From Candidatus Heimdallarchaeota archaeon (GTDB lineage Archaea > Asgardarchaeota > Heimdallarchaeia > JABLTI01), in NCBI GenBank assembly GCA_019056785.1, contig DXJV01000084.1, positions 64,001 through 128,000 of the forward strand: DNA of 64,000 nt, written 5' to 3'. Shown here piece by piece: positions 9,856 to 19,529 of this stretch; position 1 is the first letter of the stretch, and each line of letters opens with the position of its first letter. The translations under genes were made by a program, and so were the position numbers. Below the pieces are notes generated by a model. That model searched no databases and had not been told where the DNA came from. It was given only the letters and a program-made list of their open reading frames with translations.

Positions 9856-9941
9856 TTACAGGAGCGCAATTACAGTTTATTGTAATAGAATTACATAGAT
9901 TTAAATACTCATTTATGTAAGTTAAGTATAGGAAAATGTAA
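9856..9941 (+). promoter_or_regulatory. TATA box flanked by TTACA/TGTAA inverted repeats; probable operator of the downstream ArsR-type regulator
   Basis: ATTACA-N6-TGTAAT at 9869-9886; TTACATAGAT/ATTTATGTAA flank TTTAAATA (9900-9907); six half-sites within 86 bp. Confidence 0.55.
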
Positions 9942-9956
9942 TTAAGGAGAAGAAAA

Positions 9957-10055
9957 ATGATGCGTTGGAAAAAACGAAAAGTCAAAGAACAAATCAGGAA
10001 AGAATTAGAAAAAATAAGACTAAAAATGGGATTAGTTGTAGAGATGAGAAACTAA
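9957..10055 (+). CDS. Small basic protein (32 aa), not in the ORF track
   Basis: MMRWKKRKVKEQIRKELEKIRLKMGLVVEMRN*, preceded by AAGGAGAAGAAAA, the same RBS-like context that precedes the next gene. Confidence 0.5.
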   Translation: MMRWKKRKVKEQIRKELEKIRLKMGLVVEMRN

Positions 10056-10071
10056 AAGGAGAAGAAAAAAG

Positions 10072-11124
10072 ATGTCAAATAAAAGAGAAAAAAAGAGAAT
10101 AGAACTTGAAAGAGAAATTCAAGAATTACAACGAAAATTACAAAGACTCTATGCTAAGGAAGGAGAAGAAGACGAGGAAGTGGATTTTGTCCGTCCATTA
10201 CCACCATTACCACCAACACCACCGAGGGCAGGAAAAAGAAAAACAATCTATAGTACAACTTTAAAGGAAGGCGAACCAAGCGAAAAAGCCAGGAAAATCG
10301 AGAAAGAACGAATGCGACTGCAACGAGAGAAACGCCGGGAAGAATTAAATAAATTACGGCAAGAATTAAATGTACGCGAAAAAGAGTATCAGAAACGCAA
10401 ACGAGAATTTGAGCGACTTCGGCGGGAGATTCGTGAAAAGGAGCGACTCGTTCGTGAAAAAGAGCGAGAACTGAGAAAAAGGAGTTATGGAAGTTACTCT
10501 TTTGATATGGACCTTGATGAGGATATTGAAGGCATGACTTCAGAACTCGAAACACGCCTTGGTGAGTATACTCGGTCCATCCTGGCATCAGTCGCTGAAA
10601 GCTTGAAATCCTCAATGGGGATTGTTATAGGCTCTACCAGCGAAGTCGGCAAGGATCTGAAGACTGTTGGGAATGAGCTTGGTAAGATTGGAAAAGAGAT
10701 CACTCAAAAAATCACCAAAGATTTGTATGGCACTGTTGGGCCGAGAATTCCCACTGATAAATTAGAAGAATTCTATGAGATTGGCGCAAGTATAGTTTCA
10801 GCAATTGGCGATCCAAATAGACTCCGAATTTTGAAGGAATTGGAAAAAGGCCCCATGTATCAAAAGGAATTGAGTGAAATTACCAATCTCCGGGGCGGGA
10901 CATTTAAACACCATATGGACAAACTCCTTGATGAGAAGGTGAAGTTTGTCACCCAAGAAGTCGTGCGTGGGCGCTATATCTTAACTACACGCGGCCGTGA
11001 AGCTTTGAAATTAGCTGAAATACAATATATACGCTATCTCGAGGAGAAGGAGAAAACAAAACGCCGGGAAAAAGCATCGGCATCAAAGGATTCCGATGAG
11101 GAATTTGATGTGAAAATTCAATAA
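10072..11124 (+). CDS. ArsR-type winged-helix regulator with a long N-terminal charged coiled coil
   Basis: C-terminal SAIGDPNRLRILKEL..GP....EL......GGTFKHHMDKL...GRYILTTRG; N-terminal E/R/K-rich helices. Confidence 0.8.
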   Translation: MSNKREKKRIELEREIQELQRKLQRLYAKEGEEDEEVDFVRPLPPLPPTPPRAGKRKTIYSTTLKEGEPSEKARKIEKERMRLQREKRREELNKLRQELNVREKEYQKRKREFERLRREIREKERLVREKERELRKRSYGSYSFDMDLDEDIEGMTSELETRLGEYTRSILASVAESLKSSMGIVIGSTSEVGKDLKTVGNELGKIGKEITQKITKDLYGTVGPRIPTDKLEEFYEIGASIVSAIGDPNRLRILKELEKGPMYQKELSEITNLRGGTFKHHMDKLLDEKVKFVTQEVVRGRYILTTRGREALKLAEIQYIRYLEEKEKTKRREKASASKDSDEEFDVKIQ

Positions 11125-11142
11125 CACAGGAGTTGGTTATAA

Positions 11143-11844
11143 GTGCAACTAGAATTAATAAATGAACCCCTAAAGGTCACTCAGCCAACCATAATTGCTG
11201 ACTTGGAAGATACAATGGTCACAATTGGCAAGCGTTCTCGAATGTTTCCGGTAAAGGACTTTAAAACAAACGAAATAAAAGGCTACTATATTGTTGGAGA
11301 CATCTATCTCGGAGCAGATACAATTGTGATTACTGAACAAGGCGCAGTTGGTGACCCCATTGAGAAACTTGCAAGAGAAGCTTTTGTTAGTAATCAAAAC
11401 ATAGATTTATCGAATGCTAAACCGGATAATGTCTCCGAGAAGGACTTTCGGAAAATCGAACTTGATGCCTACCGAAATTTCCAAAAAATGGAGAAATTCG
11501 GATTGGAGCACAAAAAAATCGTCATCGAGGGCATCAAATTTCATCTATCTAAAAAAATTGCCGGGAAATACTTTTTTGTCTATCTCTTTAACCCCAAGGA
11601 GTTCATTCTTGTAAAAGAGCGTGAATTACTTATTGCCCTCTCGGATGAAGACCGTGCAATTATCATCTGTAATAAGGCGAAGAACTCTTATGTTGAGGTG
11701 TCTAAAAGTCAAGGGGTAAAGATTTCTAATCAAAAAGGTGAAACGATTAATGCAAATTCAACGAATGGTTTGGTCATTAATGGTCGCGGATTAGATGAAA
11801 TTATCTTTACTGTGTTTGACAACTTGAAAAATGTTTTCCAATGA
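11143..11844 (+). CDS. Hypothetical beta-rich protein
   Basis: 233-aa ORF with an upstream GGAG, in the same direction as the regulator. Confidence 0.65.
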   Translation: MQLELINEPLKVTQPTIIADLEDTMVTIGKRSRMFPVKDFKTNEIKGYYIVGDIYLGADTIVITEQGAVGDPIEKLAREAFVSNQNIDLSNAKPDNVSEKDFRKIELDAYRNFQKMEKFGLEHKKIVIEGIKFHLSKKIAGKYFFVYLFNPKEFILVKERELLIALSDEDRAIIICNKAKNSYVEVSKSQGVKISNQKGETINANSTNGLVINGRGLDEIIFTVFDNLKNVFQ

Positions 11845-11863
11845 AATATTGAAAAAATGAGAA

Positions 11864-11898
11864 GAAAGGAGGCTATTTTAGCCCTTTTTCCTTTTTTT
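11864..11898 (+). terminator. Hairpin plus T-tract terminator
   Basis: GGCTA-TTT-TAGCC followed by CTTTTTCCTTTTTTT, between convergent genes. Confidence 0.5.
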
Positions 11899-11944
11899 AA
11901 GGCACAAACGGAACGTTTTTATCCAACAACACTAAGTAATTTCC

Positions 11945-12643
11945 CTATTCTTGAGCGGGTGGTTTTTTCAGAGCTTTTATTTCTTTTTTGAGTGTTTTTA
12001 CCTGCCGTTTTAAGCTTTTGATTTCTTTTGCGTTTTTGTTTAGTAATTCCTGCATTGATTGAATGTCATTTGTTAATGTAGTAAATTTTTCTTCAATTTG
12101 CTGATAGGTGCTTGGTGTTGGTTTCAATACTGGCGCGGCTTCACTAGTACCTATATCCTCACTAGCTTGTCTTTGTGGCAACGGTCTCGGCTCACGAAGA
12201 TGTATTTTTCCAATATCATCTGCGCTCGCATCGACCTTTGGTTTGCTTGCCGGTGTGTATTCGCTCATTGTCACCTTCTCTGCGCGAGTATTTGCTTGTT
12301 TGATTATTTCTTGTACACTTACTTCACTGTTGATATATTTTTTGGGTATCGTTTCTTTTACAAATACTTGCCCCTCTTTTGGAATTTGATCAATGATTTC
12401 ATTTACCACTCGGTCTACAACGACAGGCGACAAGTAAATTTCTTCTGTATCTAACAACCACTTTAAGCTCTTTTCGATCTCTTCCGGTAGGTCTCGTAAA
12501 GTCGTTCCCTTTAGAATGTTCATTGGTTTTGATTTAAATGGGGTCGACCCACGGCAAAGAAATAGTGCATAATATTTCCCTTCTAAACCAAATTTAATTG
12601 AAAAAGTCGTTCCGGGGATTCGAGTTAAAGATTCCTCACTCAC
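11945..12643 (-). CDS. Hypothetical protein: globular N-domain, disordered linker, C-terminal coiled coil
   Basis: 232 aa; C-terminal heptads IEEKFTTLTNDIQSMQELL...LKRQVKTLKKEIKAL. Confidence 0.7.
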   Translation of the reverse strand: MSEESLTRIPGTTFSIKFGLEGKYYALFLCRGSTPFKSKPMNILKGTTLRDLPEEIEKSLKWLLDTEEIYLSPVVVDRVVNEIIDQIPKEGQVFVKETIPKKYINSEVSVQEIIKQANTRAEKVTMSEYTPASKPKVDASADDIGKIHLREPRPLPQRQASEDIGTSEAAPVLKPTPSTYQQIEEKFTTLTNDIQSMQELLNKNAKEIKSLKRQVKTLKKEIKALKKPPAQE

Positions 12644-12789
12644 AGTAATCCTTCCTGATTATTTGATTATAACCACAATAGAAAGAACTGATATAAATTA
12701 ATTGTCTTTACGGAGAAAAGCCGAGAAGAAGGTTTTAAATGGGGCAAACAATTAGGTTAAATGATAGAAGTACAGTTGTTGAGAGCAAA

Positions 12790-13575
12790 ATGACCAATGA
12801 AAATCTTTTCCATATTATAAATAACCGTCGTTCGATTAGGAAATTTTTGGACAAAGAGATCCCTAAGGAACTTATTGAGAAAATCTTAGCCGCAGGGTTC
12901 CGAGCGCCATTCGCTTACCAAAGTTGCAGTATTGTTTATACGCAAGATAAAGAAAAAATTAGCAAACTGAAAAAGATGGGTATTTATCCATCCACAAAAC
13001 TATTCATGGTATTCTTTATTGATTTTCACAGATTAGAAAAGCTGCTTCACAAACGGGGGTATAAATATGATTTTGATGACAGCTTATTCCTTTGGCTAGC
13101 TATACAGGATGCAACACTCGTTTGTGAAAATGTTATATTGGCAGCCGAAGCAGTCGGTCTTGGGTCCGTTTTACTTGGAGGAGCACCATTTTTGTATAAC
13201 GAAATCAAAACAGTCTTTAATACCCCACCAAAAGTTTTCCCGGTTGTTGGTTTATGTCTTGGCTGGCCAGATCCCGAACACATAATGACAGTTCGGCCCC
13301 GGTTCCCTTTAAAATATTCAGCCTTCGAAGACACTTACAAACCATTTACAGATGAGATGATTCAAGAATGCATGAAAGCAATGGATGAAGGGTATTTAAC
13401 TCAAGGATATTACATTAAACTTGGGGCAAAAATACCTTTGAAAAACAAAGAAGACAAAATAGGGGTTGATAAATATTCTTGGTCAGAACACATCAGTCGG
13501 AAGATTAGCCAGGGGAGTTGGTATAAGGAAACGCTGCCAACCATTTTACGGAAGGAAGGGTTTAATCTAGAGTAG
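12790..13575 (+). CDS. Nitroreductase / NAD(P)H-flavin oxidoreductase (NfsA-like)
   Basis: RRSIRKF, RAPFA, DATLVCENVILAAEAVGLGSVLLG, FPVVGLCLGWP, RPRFP. Start placed at the MTNEN ATG; the ORF is open from 12739. Confidence 0.9.
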   Translation: MTNENLFHIINNRRSIRKFLDKEIPKELIEKILAAGFRAPFAYQSCSIVYTQDKEKISKLKKMGIYPSTKLFMVFFIDFHRLEKLLHKRGYKYDFDDSLFLWLAIQDATLVCENVILAAEAVGLGSVLLGGAPFLYNEIKTVFNTPPKVFPVVGLCLGWPDPEHIMTVRPRFPLKYSAFEDTYKPFTDEMIQECMKAMDEGYLTQGYYIKLGAKIPLKNKEDKIGVDKYSWSEHISRKISQGSWYKETLPTILRKEGFNLE

Positions 13576-13581
13576 CGATGT

Positions 13582-14217
13582 TTAACCCTTTTTGCTTTTT
13601 CCAAAAGTACAATCATCTTGTAAAAAACAGTCAGAACAGCGTGGGTTGTTCTTAAAGCAAAAGGTTTTGGCATGCTGAACAAGAAGAGCATGGAATTCAT
13701 TAAATAGTCTGGGATCGGGTTCAAGGGCGTTTTCATAGTACTGTTTCCAAAACCGTTTGGCTTTTGCTTCACCAAAACCCAAACGATTGCTTATCCGCAC
13801 AGTATAGGCATCTACCACAAATTCCGGTTGATTGAAGAGATATAATAATATAGAATCAGCTGTTTCCTCACCTATTCCTTTTACTGAAAGAAGTTCCTCG
13901 CGAGTTGGTTGTGGATTACACTGAAAGAATTTGGAGAGATTTCTTAGGTAAAGCGCTTTTTGATTAAAGAAGCCTGCTGGGGCGATCAATTTTTTCAAGT
14001 TGTCAAGCTTACAATCCAGGATTTTTTGGGGCGAGAGGAGATCATTTTCTCGCAGATTTTCCAGTGCTAATTCCACATTCTGCCAAGAAGTGTTTTGGGT
14101 TAATACTGCCCCCACTGCTATTTCAAAGCCTTCGCCCGGCCACCAATTTTGTGGCCCATAATAAGCTAGGAGCTTTTCAAAAAGAACCTTAGGCGTTAAT
14201 TTCATGGAGGCATCCAC
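13582..14217 (-). CDS. Endonuclease III-like HhH-GPD DNA glycosylase
   Basis: WWP, VGAVLTQNTSWQNV, LLSVKGIGEETADSILLY, VVDAYTVR, FHALLVQHAKTFC....P.C..C.L...C (Fe-S cluster). Confidence 0.92.
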   Translation of the reverse strand: MDASMKLTPKVLFEKLLAYYGPQNWWPGEGFEIAVGAVLTQNTSWQNVELALENLRENDLLSPQKILDCKLDNLKKLIAPAGFFNQKALYLRNLSKFFQCNPQPTREELLSVKGIGEETADSILLYLFNQPEFVVDAYTVRISNRLGFGEAKAKRFWKQYYENALEPDPRLFNEFHALLVQHAKTFCFKNNPRCSDCFLQDDCTFGKSKKG

Positions 14218-14350
14218 GTCATCATTAAATGCTTCCCTTATTTTTAGAGTTTTCTTTTTTGAAAGTGATTAATTCTAAAGAACATTAATTAGGGAATAAT
14301 GGGCAAATAATATTGAAGAACACCTTACAAGTCAGTAAGGAGGAATTGCC

Positions 14351-14758
14351 GTGGAATTATCTGAAATTGTGAGAATTAGTGAAAAAGGAGAACTTGTTAT
14401 CCCCCAGCATATTATGGATAGCGTAGGGATAGTTGAAAAGATGCATGTGATTATTCGAGCAGATGTTAATAATAGAGAAATCAAAATTATCCCGTTTACT
14501 ACCTCTGAGGGAAATCTCGTGGAATTTAAAATTACACTAGCGGATATGCCCGGTGCATTGGCAAAATGTGCGGCTTTTTTGAGTGAGCATGGACTTAACC
14601 TTGTTGCAAGTGAATCACGCACAATTCAACATGGAGAAATTGCTCACTGGTATGTCATTGCGGACATTTCAAATTGTAAAGAAAACATTCGAGACTTATG
14701 CAAGAAACTTAAAAACAAGGGGTTGGCTACCGAGGTGGTTTGTAGTAGCATCCATTAA
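14351..14758 (+). CDS. AbrB-like plus ACT domain protein (amino-acid-sensing regulator)
   Basis: N-terminal VRISEKGELVIP (AbrB/SpoVT); ACT motif LADMPGALAKCAAFLSEHGLNL. Confidence 0.8.
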   Translation: MELSEIVRISEKGELVIPQHIMDSVGIVEKMHVIIRADVNNREIKIIPFTTSEGNLVEFKITLADMPGALAKCAAFLSEHGLNLVASESRTIQHGEIAHWYVIADISNCKENIRDLCKKLKNKGLATEVVCSSIH

Positions 14759-15162
14759 AACTCTGTTTCCTCATTTACCAGAACATCTGAAACGTCATCA
14801 ATAGGCTCGAGAACATAAGCAGGTTCTCCACGAAGGGTTCGTCTGGCCTGAACTATTAGAAGCGCACCGGTTACAGATGCCAAAATGAATAGGGCAAAGC
14901 CAATTATTTGTTCAATAAGAAGAAGGGTTTTATCAGGTTGACCTGGATGAACAAAAAAGGAGATTATTACCAAAATTAGAACGGTGATGCTTAGGGCCAG
15001 AATAACAATGCCTAATAATTGATTAAGAGAGCTGGACAATTGCTTTGATTTAGTCTGATAATCATTTTCTTCTTGTAAAGAATCATCCTCGAGATTATTA
15101 TCCTCCGGAGGAAATGGGTCAGTTTTTTTTGGCTGAGGAGCAGCAGGCGCCATTTCAATCAA
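14755..15162 (-). CDS. Two-TM membrane protein
   Basis: Acidic N-terminus followed by two hydrophobic helices. Confidence 0.6.
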   Translation of the reverse strand: MIEMAPAAPQPKKTDPFPPEDNNLEDDSLQEENDYQTKSKQLSSSLNQLLGIVILALSITVLILVIISFFVHPGQPDKTLLLIEQIIGFALFILASVTGALLIVQARRTLRGEPAYVLEPIDDVSDVLVNEETEF

Positions 15163-15283
15163 TCCAATCTTTGAAAAGTAACAGTTAGTTTATACTTTAT
15201 AATGTTATCAGTATTTTGAAGATGCTTGAGAAAATTTTATTGCTCAAATCACACAATGTTATGTACTATTCAAGGTAATTAAA

Positions 15284-16738
15284 ATGACAGAAAAAATTCT
15301 AACGCATCTACAGCCGGAGCGGGTCTGGTCAATTTTCGAAGAGATAACAAAGATCCCACGCCCGTCAAAAAAAGAGCAAAAGATTCGCCAATGGATTAAG
15401 GAATGGGCGAAACAACACAAGATTCCCATTGTGAAAGAGGATGATGTGGGGAATCTGTTACTCGCAGCTGATGCGCACGTTGGTTGTGAAGATTTTGCCA
15501 CCATTGTATTACAAGCACATATGGACATGGTTTGCCAAAAAAGTCCAGGTGTAGAAATTGACTTCGAAAATGATCCTTTAAAGATAAGAATTGATGGCGA
15601 CAAAGTTCGAGCTATTGGCACCTCATTAGGCGCAGACAATGGCATTGGCTTAGCATATTGTTTAGCCGCCTTAAGCGACCATGACTTAAAAAGAGGACCT
15701 CTAGAAGTCTTATTAACAGTCGATGAAGAAACTGGCTTAACGGGAGCGTTTAATATCAAGAAGGGCTTTTTCACAGGGAAATACCTCTTAAATGTAGATA
15801 GTGAAGAAACTGGAAAAATAACCATTAGCAGTGCGGGTGGCGGGGGGACAGAGATCATCTTCCCCATTTCACTTGAAGAACAGAAAGGCACATCGGCACT
15901 TTCCGTGAAAATTTCTGGACTGCTCGGAGGGCATTCCGGTGTAGATATTGATAAACCTCGTTTAAATGCCATTAAAGTTGGAATTGATTCTTTACAAGAG
16001 CTTGAAGATAAGATTCGTCTCGTGAAATTGGAAGGAGGATCGGCTCATAATGCCATTCCTCGCGACTTTGAATTTGAGATTGTTTTCGCCAAAACAGATG
16101 AGACCACAGTGATAAAGCACATTGAACAATGGCGGAAAAATACTTTGAAAGTGGCAACGAAAAATGAGCCAACTATGAAGATAGAGCTAACAAAAAGTAA
16201 AGCAACAAGAGCTTTTTCAAAAGAGCAAACGATGGCAATTCTTGCTACCTTGCAGGAGATAAAGCATGGACCAATAGCATTCAGCAAAGAGATTAGAGGA
16301 TTGGTACAAACCTCGAGCAATCTTGCATTGGTAAAAACGTCAGAAAAAGAGGTAAGTATTTTCGTTAGTACAAGAAGCTCAGATAATAAGGAACTTGAGG
16401 AAGTACGAGAAGAAATAAAAAAGATCGGTGAAAGGCATCATGCCCAAGTACGGTTTGATAAAGCCTATCCAGGATGGAAGCCCGAGCCCGACGCAGCGTT
16501 TGTGCAAATGGTTAAAAAAGCATATGAATCAGTCATTAAGAAGCCTGTAACTTTGGAAGCAATACACGCAGGATTAGAGTGTGGATTGTTTGCCACTTTA
16601 GACCCAGAAATACAAATAGCCTCAATTGGTCCGAATATCGCAAATGCTCATAGTCCGGATGAATACGTGGAAATTGAAAGCGTAGAAATCCTATGGAATG
16701 TAATAAAAGAAATTCTTGCAAGAATGAATATCGTATAA
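15284..16738 (+). CDS. pepD: Aminoacyl-histidine dipeptidase (M20C)
   Basis: IPRPSKKE, LQAHMDMV, LGADNGIG, TVDEETGL, LNVDSEE, GGHSG, IHAGLECG, HSPDE. Confidence 0.95.
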   Translation: MTEKILTHLQPERVWSIFEEITKIPRPSKKEQKIRQWIKEWAKQHKIPIVKEDDVGNLLLAADAHVGCEDFATIVLQAHMDMVCQKSPGVEIDFENDPLKIRIDGDKVRAIGTSLGADNGIGLAYCLAALSDHDLKRGPLEVLLTVDEETGLTGAFNIKKGFFTGKYLLNVDSEETGKITISSAGGGGTEIIFPISLEEQKGTSALSVKISGLLGGHSGVDIDKPRLNAIKVGIDSLQELEDKIRLVKLEGGSAHNAIPRDFEFEIVFAKTDETTVIKHIEQWRKNTLKVATKNEPTMKIELTKSKATRAFSKEQTMAILATLQEIKHGPIAFSKEIRGLVQTSSNLALVKTSEKEVSIFVSTRSSDNKELEEVREEIKKIGERHHAQVRFDKAYPGWKPEPDAAFVQMVKKAYESVIKKPVTLEAIHAGLECGLFATLDPEIQIASIGPNIANAHSPDEYVEIESVEILWNVIKEILARMNIV

Positions 16739-16820
16739 GAAAAGAAACCCTCAGTGGAGCTTTTCATCTTTTTTCTCTTTTTTCTCCTAAAAAGATATAA
16801 TTGAGAAGGAGATTATAGAG

Positions 16821-17786
16821 ATGACTGCAAAGAATTTACCAAAAAAACACCCTTCGTTAAAGGTGGAGGTGTTAATCATTCGAAAATTCGCGGGGATTTT
16901 TGTTTCCATTCTTACCCCTTTTAATGAAAAAAATGAAATCGATTATGAAACAATTAAATCACAAATCGAGTTTCTGATAGGTAAAGGAGTACATGGAATT
17001 GTCACTTGTGGTGTGAACGGCGAATTTTCCAGTCTAACATTAAACGAACGAAAGAAAGTCATAAAAACGACCGTCAATGCTGTTAAAGGGCGAGTGCCTG
17101 TAATAGCAGGAGCCTATTCTAACAGCTATAAAGAAGCAATTGATTTAGTGAATTATGCTGAACAATGTGGTGCAACGGCAGCTTTAATAATGCGACCCTT
17201 TTTCTTTCGGAAACCAACAGATGAAGGTGTATTTAATTATTTCTACAACATTTTAGAGCAAGTAAACAAATTCCCGATTTTCCTTTGTAATCTGCCCATC
17301 TATAAGCCATTAGAATTAAAACCAGAAATAATTGAGAACTTGCTACAGAAATACAACAATATTGTGGGGATTAAAGATCTAAGCAACCAAACAGAGATCA
17401 TACTAAAATATGCAGGAATGTTTGAAGAATTAAGCGTTTTTGTCGGAAGTGACAGGGCAATTTACAATGGACTAAACGCCGGTACGGATGGAGCGATAAG
17501 TGCACTTGGGAACATTCTTCCAGAATTTCCTTTACGCATCTATAACACATACCAAGCTGGTAACACCGACAAAGCATGGATTGAACAAGAATCATTAATT
17601 GGCATACGAGCTGTTCTACAAAAATTCCCACTTCGAGCAGCACAGAAATTCCTTCTCTCGAAGATAACAGGACGAGAATCATTTGTTCGCCCACCGCTTA
17701 GAAACTTGACGACAGAAGAACGGGAAAACCTTTTAATTATATTAAATGAATTTGGATTGCAATTTCAAGAAGAAATAACCGTTTGA
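16821..17786 (+). CDS. DapA/NAL-family class I aldolase
   Basis: LTPF, GxxGEFSSLT..ER, GRVPVIAG, IVGIKD (Schiff-base Lys), G.DGAIS..GN, RPPL. True start uncertain. Confidence 0.88.
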   Translation: MTAKNLPKKHPSLKVEVLIIRKFAGIFVSILTPFNEKNEIDYETIKSQIEFLIGKGVHGIVTCGVNGEFSSLTLNERKKVIKTTVNAVKGRVPVIAGAYSNSYKEAIDLVNYAEQCGATAALIMRPFFFRKPTDEGVFNYFYNILEQVNKFPIFLCNLPIYKPLELKPEIIENLLQKYNNIVGIKDLSNQTEIILKYAGMFEELSVFVGSDRAIYNGLNAGTDGAISALGNILPEFPLRIYNTYQAGNTDKAWIEQESLIGIRAVLQKFPLRAAQKFLLSKITGRESFVRPPLRNLTTEERENLLIILNEFGLQFQEEITV

Positions 17787-17830
17787 TATGATAAAAACAA
17801 GCCTAGAAACAACTATCCAAGTTGATTATA

Positions 17831-18697
17831 ATGAAACGAAATAACGATCTCTGTTCTGATTTTGAGAAGCTTGCCTCGGAACACTATTTCGAAATGTCTG
17901 ATGGTGTTAAAGTACGAATATTGAAATTTGACTTAGCAGAAAAGCCGAATGAAACGATACTATTCTTCATCCCAGGATTTGTAACAGTCTTTCAAAGTTG
18001 GGAAAAAGTGTTGAAACCACTCTCTAAAGAATTTCAAATCCTTTATTTCGAATCGCGAGAAAAAACCTCAAGTATTATGCCAAACCGAAAGACAGAGCGA
18101 CAATTAACTCTGCAGAAAATGGCTCATGATATTAAGGAGGTTATTGAACAACTTGAGTTAGATAAAAAGAGCTACGTTACGGTTTGCTCTTCCACTGGAG
18201 GGACAATCGAAGTTGAAGCTCTCAGTAAAAAATGGCTGAACCCGAAAGGAGCCGTAATGGTTGGACCAACGATGGAATACAATATGAAATTTATTGCAAC
18301 ATTTATGGTTAGTGTTGTCCCAGAGTTTGTCAAACGGCTCTTCTTCCCCTTTTTCAAATGGTTTATGGGAGCTGTCTATGTCAATAAAAAAGAGCACCCA
18401 GAACAATATGCGAAATATATTCGTGCTGGAAAGGAAGCAAAAATGCGCAAAATTAGACGTGTTTTGTGGCAAATGCGGCATTACCAATGTTGGGAAATGG
18501 TTCCAAAAATAGACACCTATTGTTTATTAGTTGGGGCTTCTGAGGATAAAATGCATCGAACCGAGGCAACAAAAAGGGTGTATGAGCTTCTGCCAAATGC
18601 AAAATTTATTGATCTCGGAACAAATGAAGCGGCACATGACATGCCATTAGTGGAGGAAATCAAGAAATTTGTCCAGGAAATAAATAAAAAAAGTTAG
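17831..18697 (+). CDS. Alpha/beta hydrolase
   Basis: FFIPGF, nucleophile elbow CSSTGG, ASED, C-terminal AAH. Confidence 0.75.
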   Translation: MKRNNDLCSDFEKLASEHYFEMSDGVKVRILKFDLAEKPNETILFFIPGFVTVFQSWEKVLKPLSKEFQILYFESREKTSSIMPNRKTERQLTLQKMAHDIKEVIEQLELDKKSYVTVCSSTGGTIEVEALSKKWLNPKGAVMVGPTMEYNMKFIATFMVSVVPEFVKRLFFPFFKWFMGAVYVNKKEHPEQYAKYIRAGKEAKMRKIRRVLWQMRHYQCWEMVPKIDTYCLLVGASEDKMHRTEATKRVYELLPNAKFIDLGTNEAAHDMPLVEEIKKFVQEINKKS

Positions 18698-18730
18698 TTG
18701 TTTTTTATCCAACTAACTTTTAAGTCAAAG

Positions 18731-19240
18731 CTAGAAATCGTCTTCAATTGAAGCGGGTTTTTTACAGCCTGTTGCAAGGGATGAAAATTCAGTTATTTTC
18801 CATTGGCCACTCTTATTTTTGGCTAAACTAACTGGCGATGGATAATCTTTCCCGCCACTGCGAACGATTACTTTCAAGTGTTTGTCGTCTTCCGGCACAA
18901 TGCCTTCAGAATGCATTATCAATTTCTTTTCATCGAACTTGTAATCGTCCTGATAATTTGCCCCAAGATAGGATCTTGCGATATTTGGGTCCTCACGCAT
19001 GTGCTCGAAGAGGTATTTATTCGTCTTTCCGAATTTCAAACCAGAGGGAGAATCAACGGCTTTTACATTATGTTTTTTCGAAAGAATAAGGGTTGCCATT
19101 GCTTCTCCAAGATCCTTATCTACTGAAGAATAGACATGCGCGGCCATTAAAAAGTAAAACAAAGAATCAATTGGATCACTTGCGTGCTTTTCCCTAGTCA
19201 CTTTAAATTTCTTAAAATCGGTGATTAGTTCTCCTTTCAC
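18731..19240 (-). CDS. Conserved hypothetical protein (DUF6935-like)
   Basis: NIARSYLGA, SGG.D.P.PV.L.....G.W...EFSSL..G...P. Confidence 0.6.
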   Translation of the reverse strand: MKGELITDFKKFKVTREKHASDPIDSLFYFLMAAHVYSSVDKDLGEAMATLILSKKHNVKAVDSPSGLKFGKTNKYLFEHMREDPNIARSYLGANYQDDYKFDEKKLIMHSEGIVPEDDKHLKVIVRSGGKDYPSPVSLAKNKSGQWKITEFSSLATGCKKPASIEDDF

Positions 19241-19425
19241 TTTTTTTTATCTTTCTTGATTTGCCCTTGAAAACTATGATCGATGCCTTGGTCGATGTCG
19301 CTCTGAATTTCGCTTCGGGCCTTACTGATTTGTCTTTTAGCTTGCCGTTCGGCTTCATCTTCAACAGCATCACCAACAGCTCTTTTCACTGCTCGGGACG
19401 CTTTTCTGCGTATTTTGTCAAACAT
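19237..19425 (-). CDS. Small helical hypothetical protein
   Basis: 62 aa, upstream GGAG, 4-nt GTGA overlap with the next gene (translational coupling). Confidence 0.6.
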   Translation of the reverse strand: MFDKIRRKASRAVKRAVGDAVEDEAERQAKRQISKARSEIQSDIDQGIDHSFQGQIKKDKKK

Positions 19426-19529
19426 TCATAAAAACTCCAAGGCATAAGCCAAAGTCAGCTTATGCAAACTGATAATTAACTAATTTGGGAAACTGTATTA
19501 ATACTTTTTTACTCAGCAATTTAACACGA

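Noticed and set aside
9957-10055. Ribosomal protein eL41
   Set aside because: Starts MRWKKR but contains several Glu and hydrophobic residues rather than the near-pure Arg/Lys composition of eL41.
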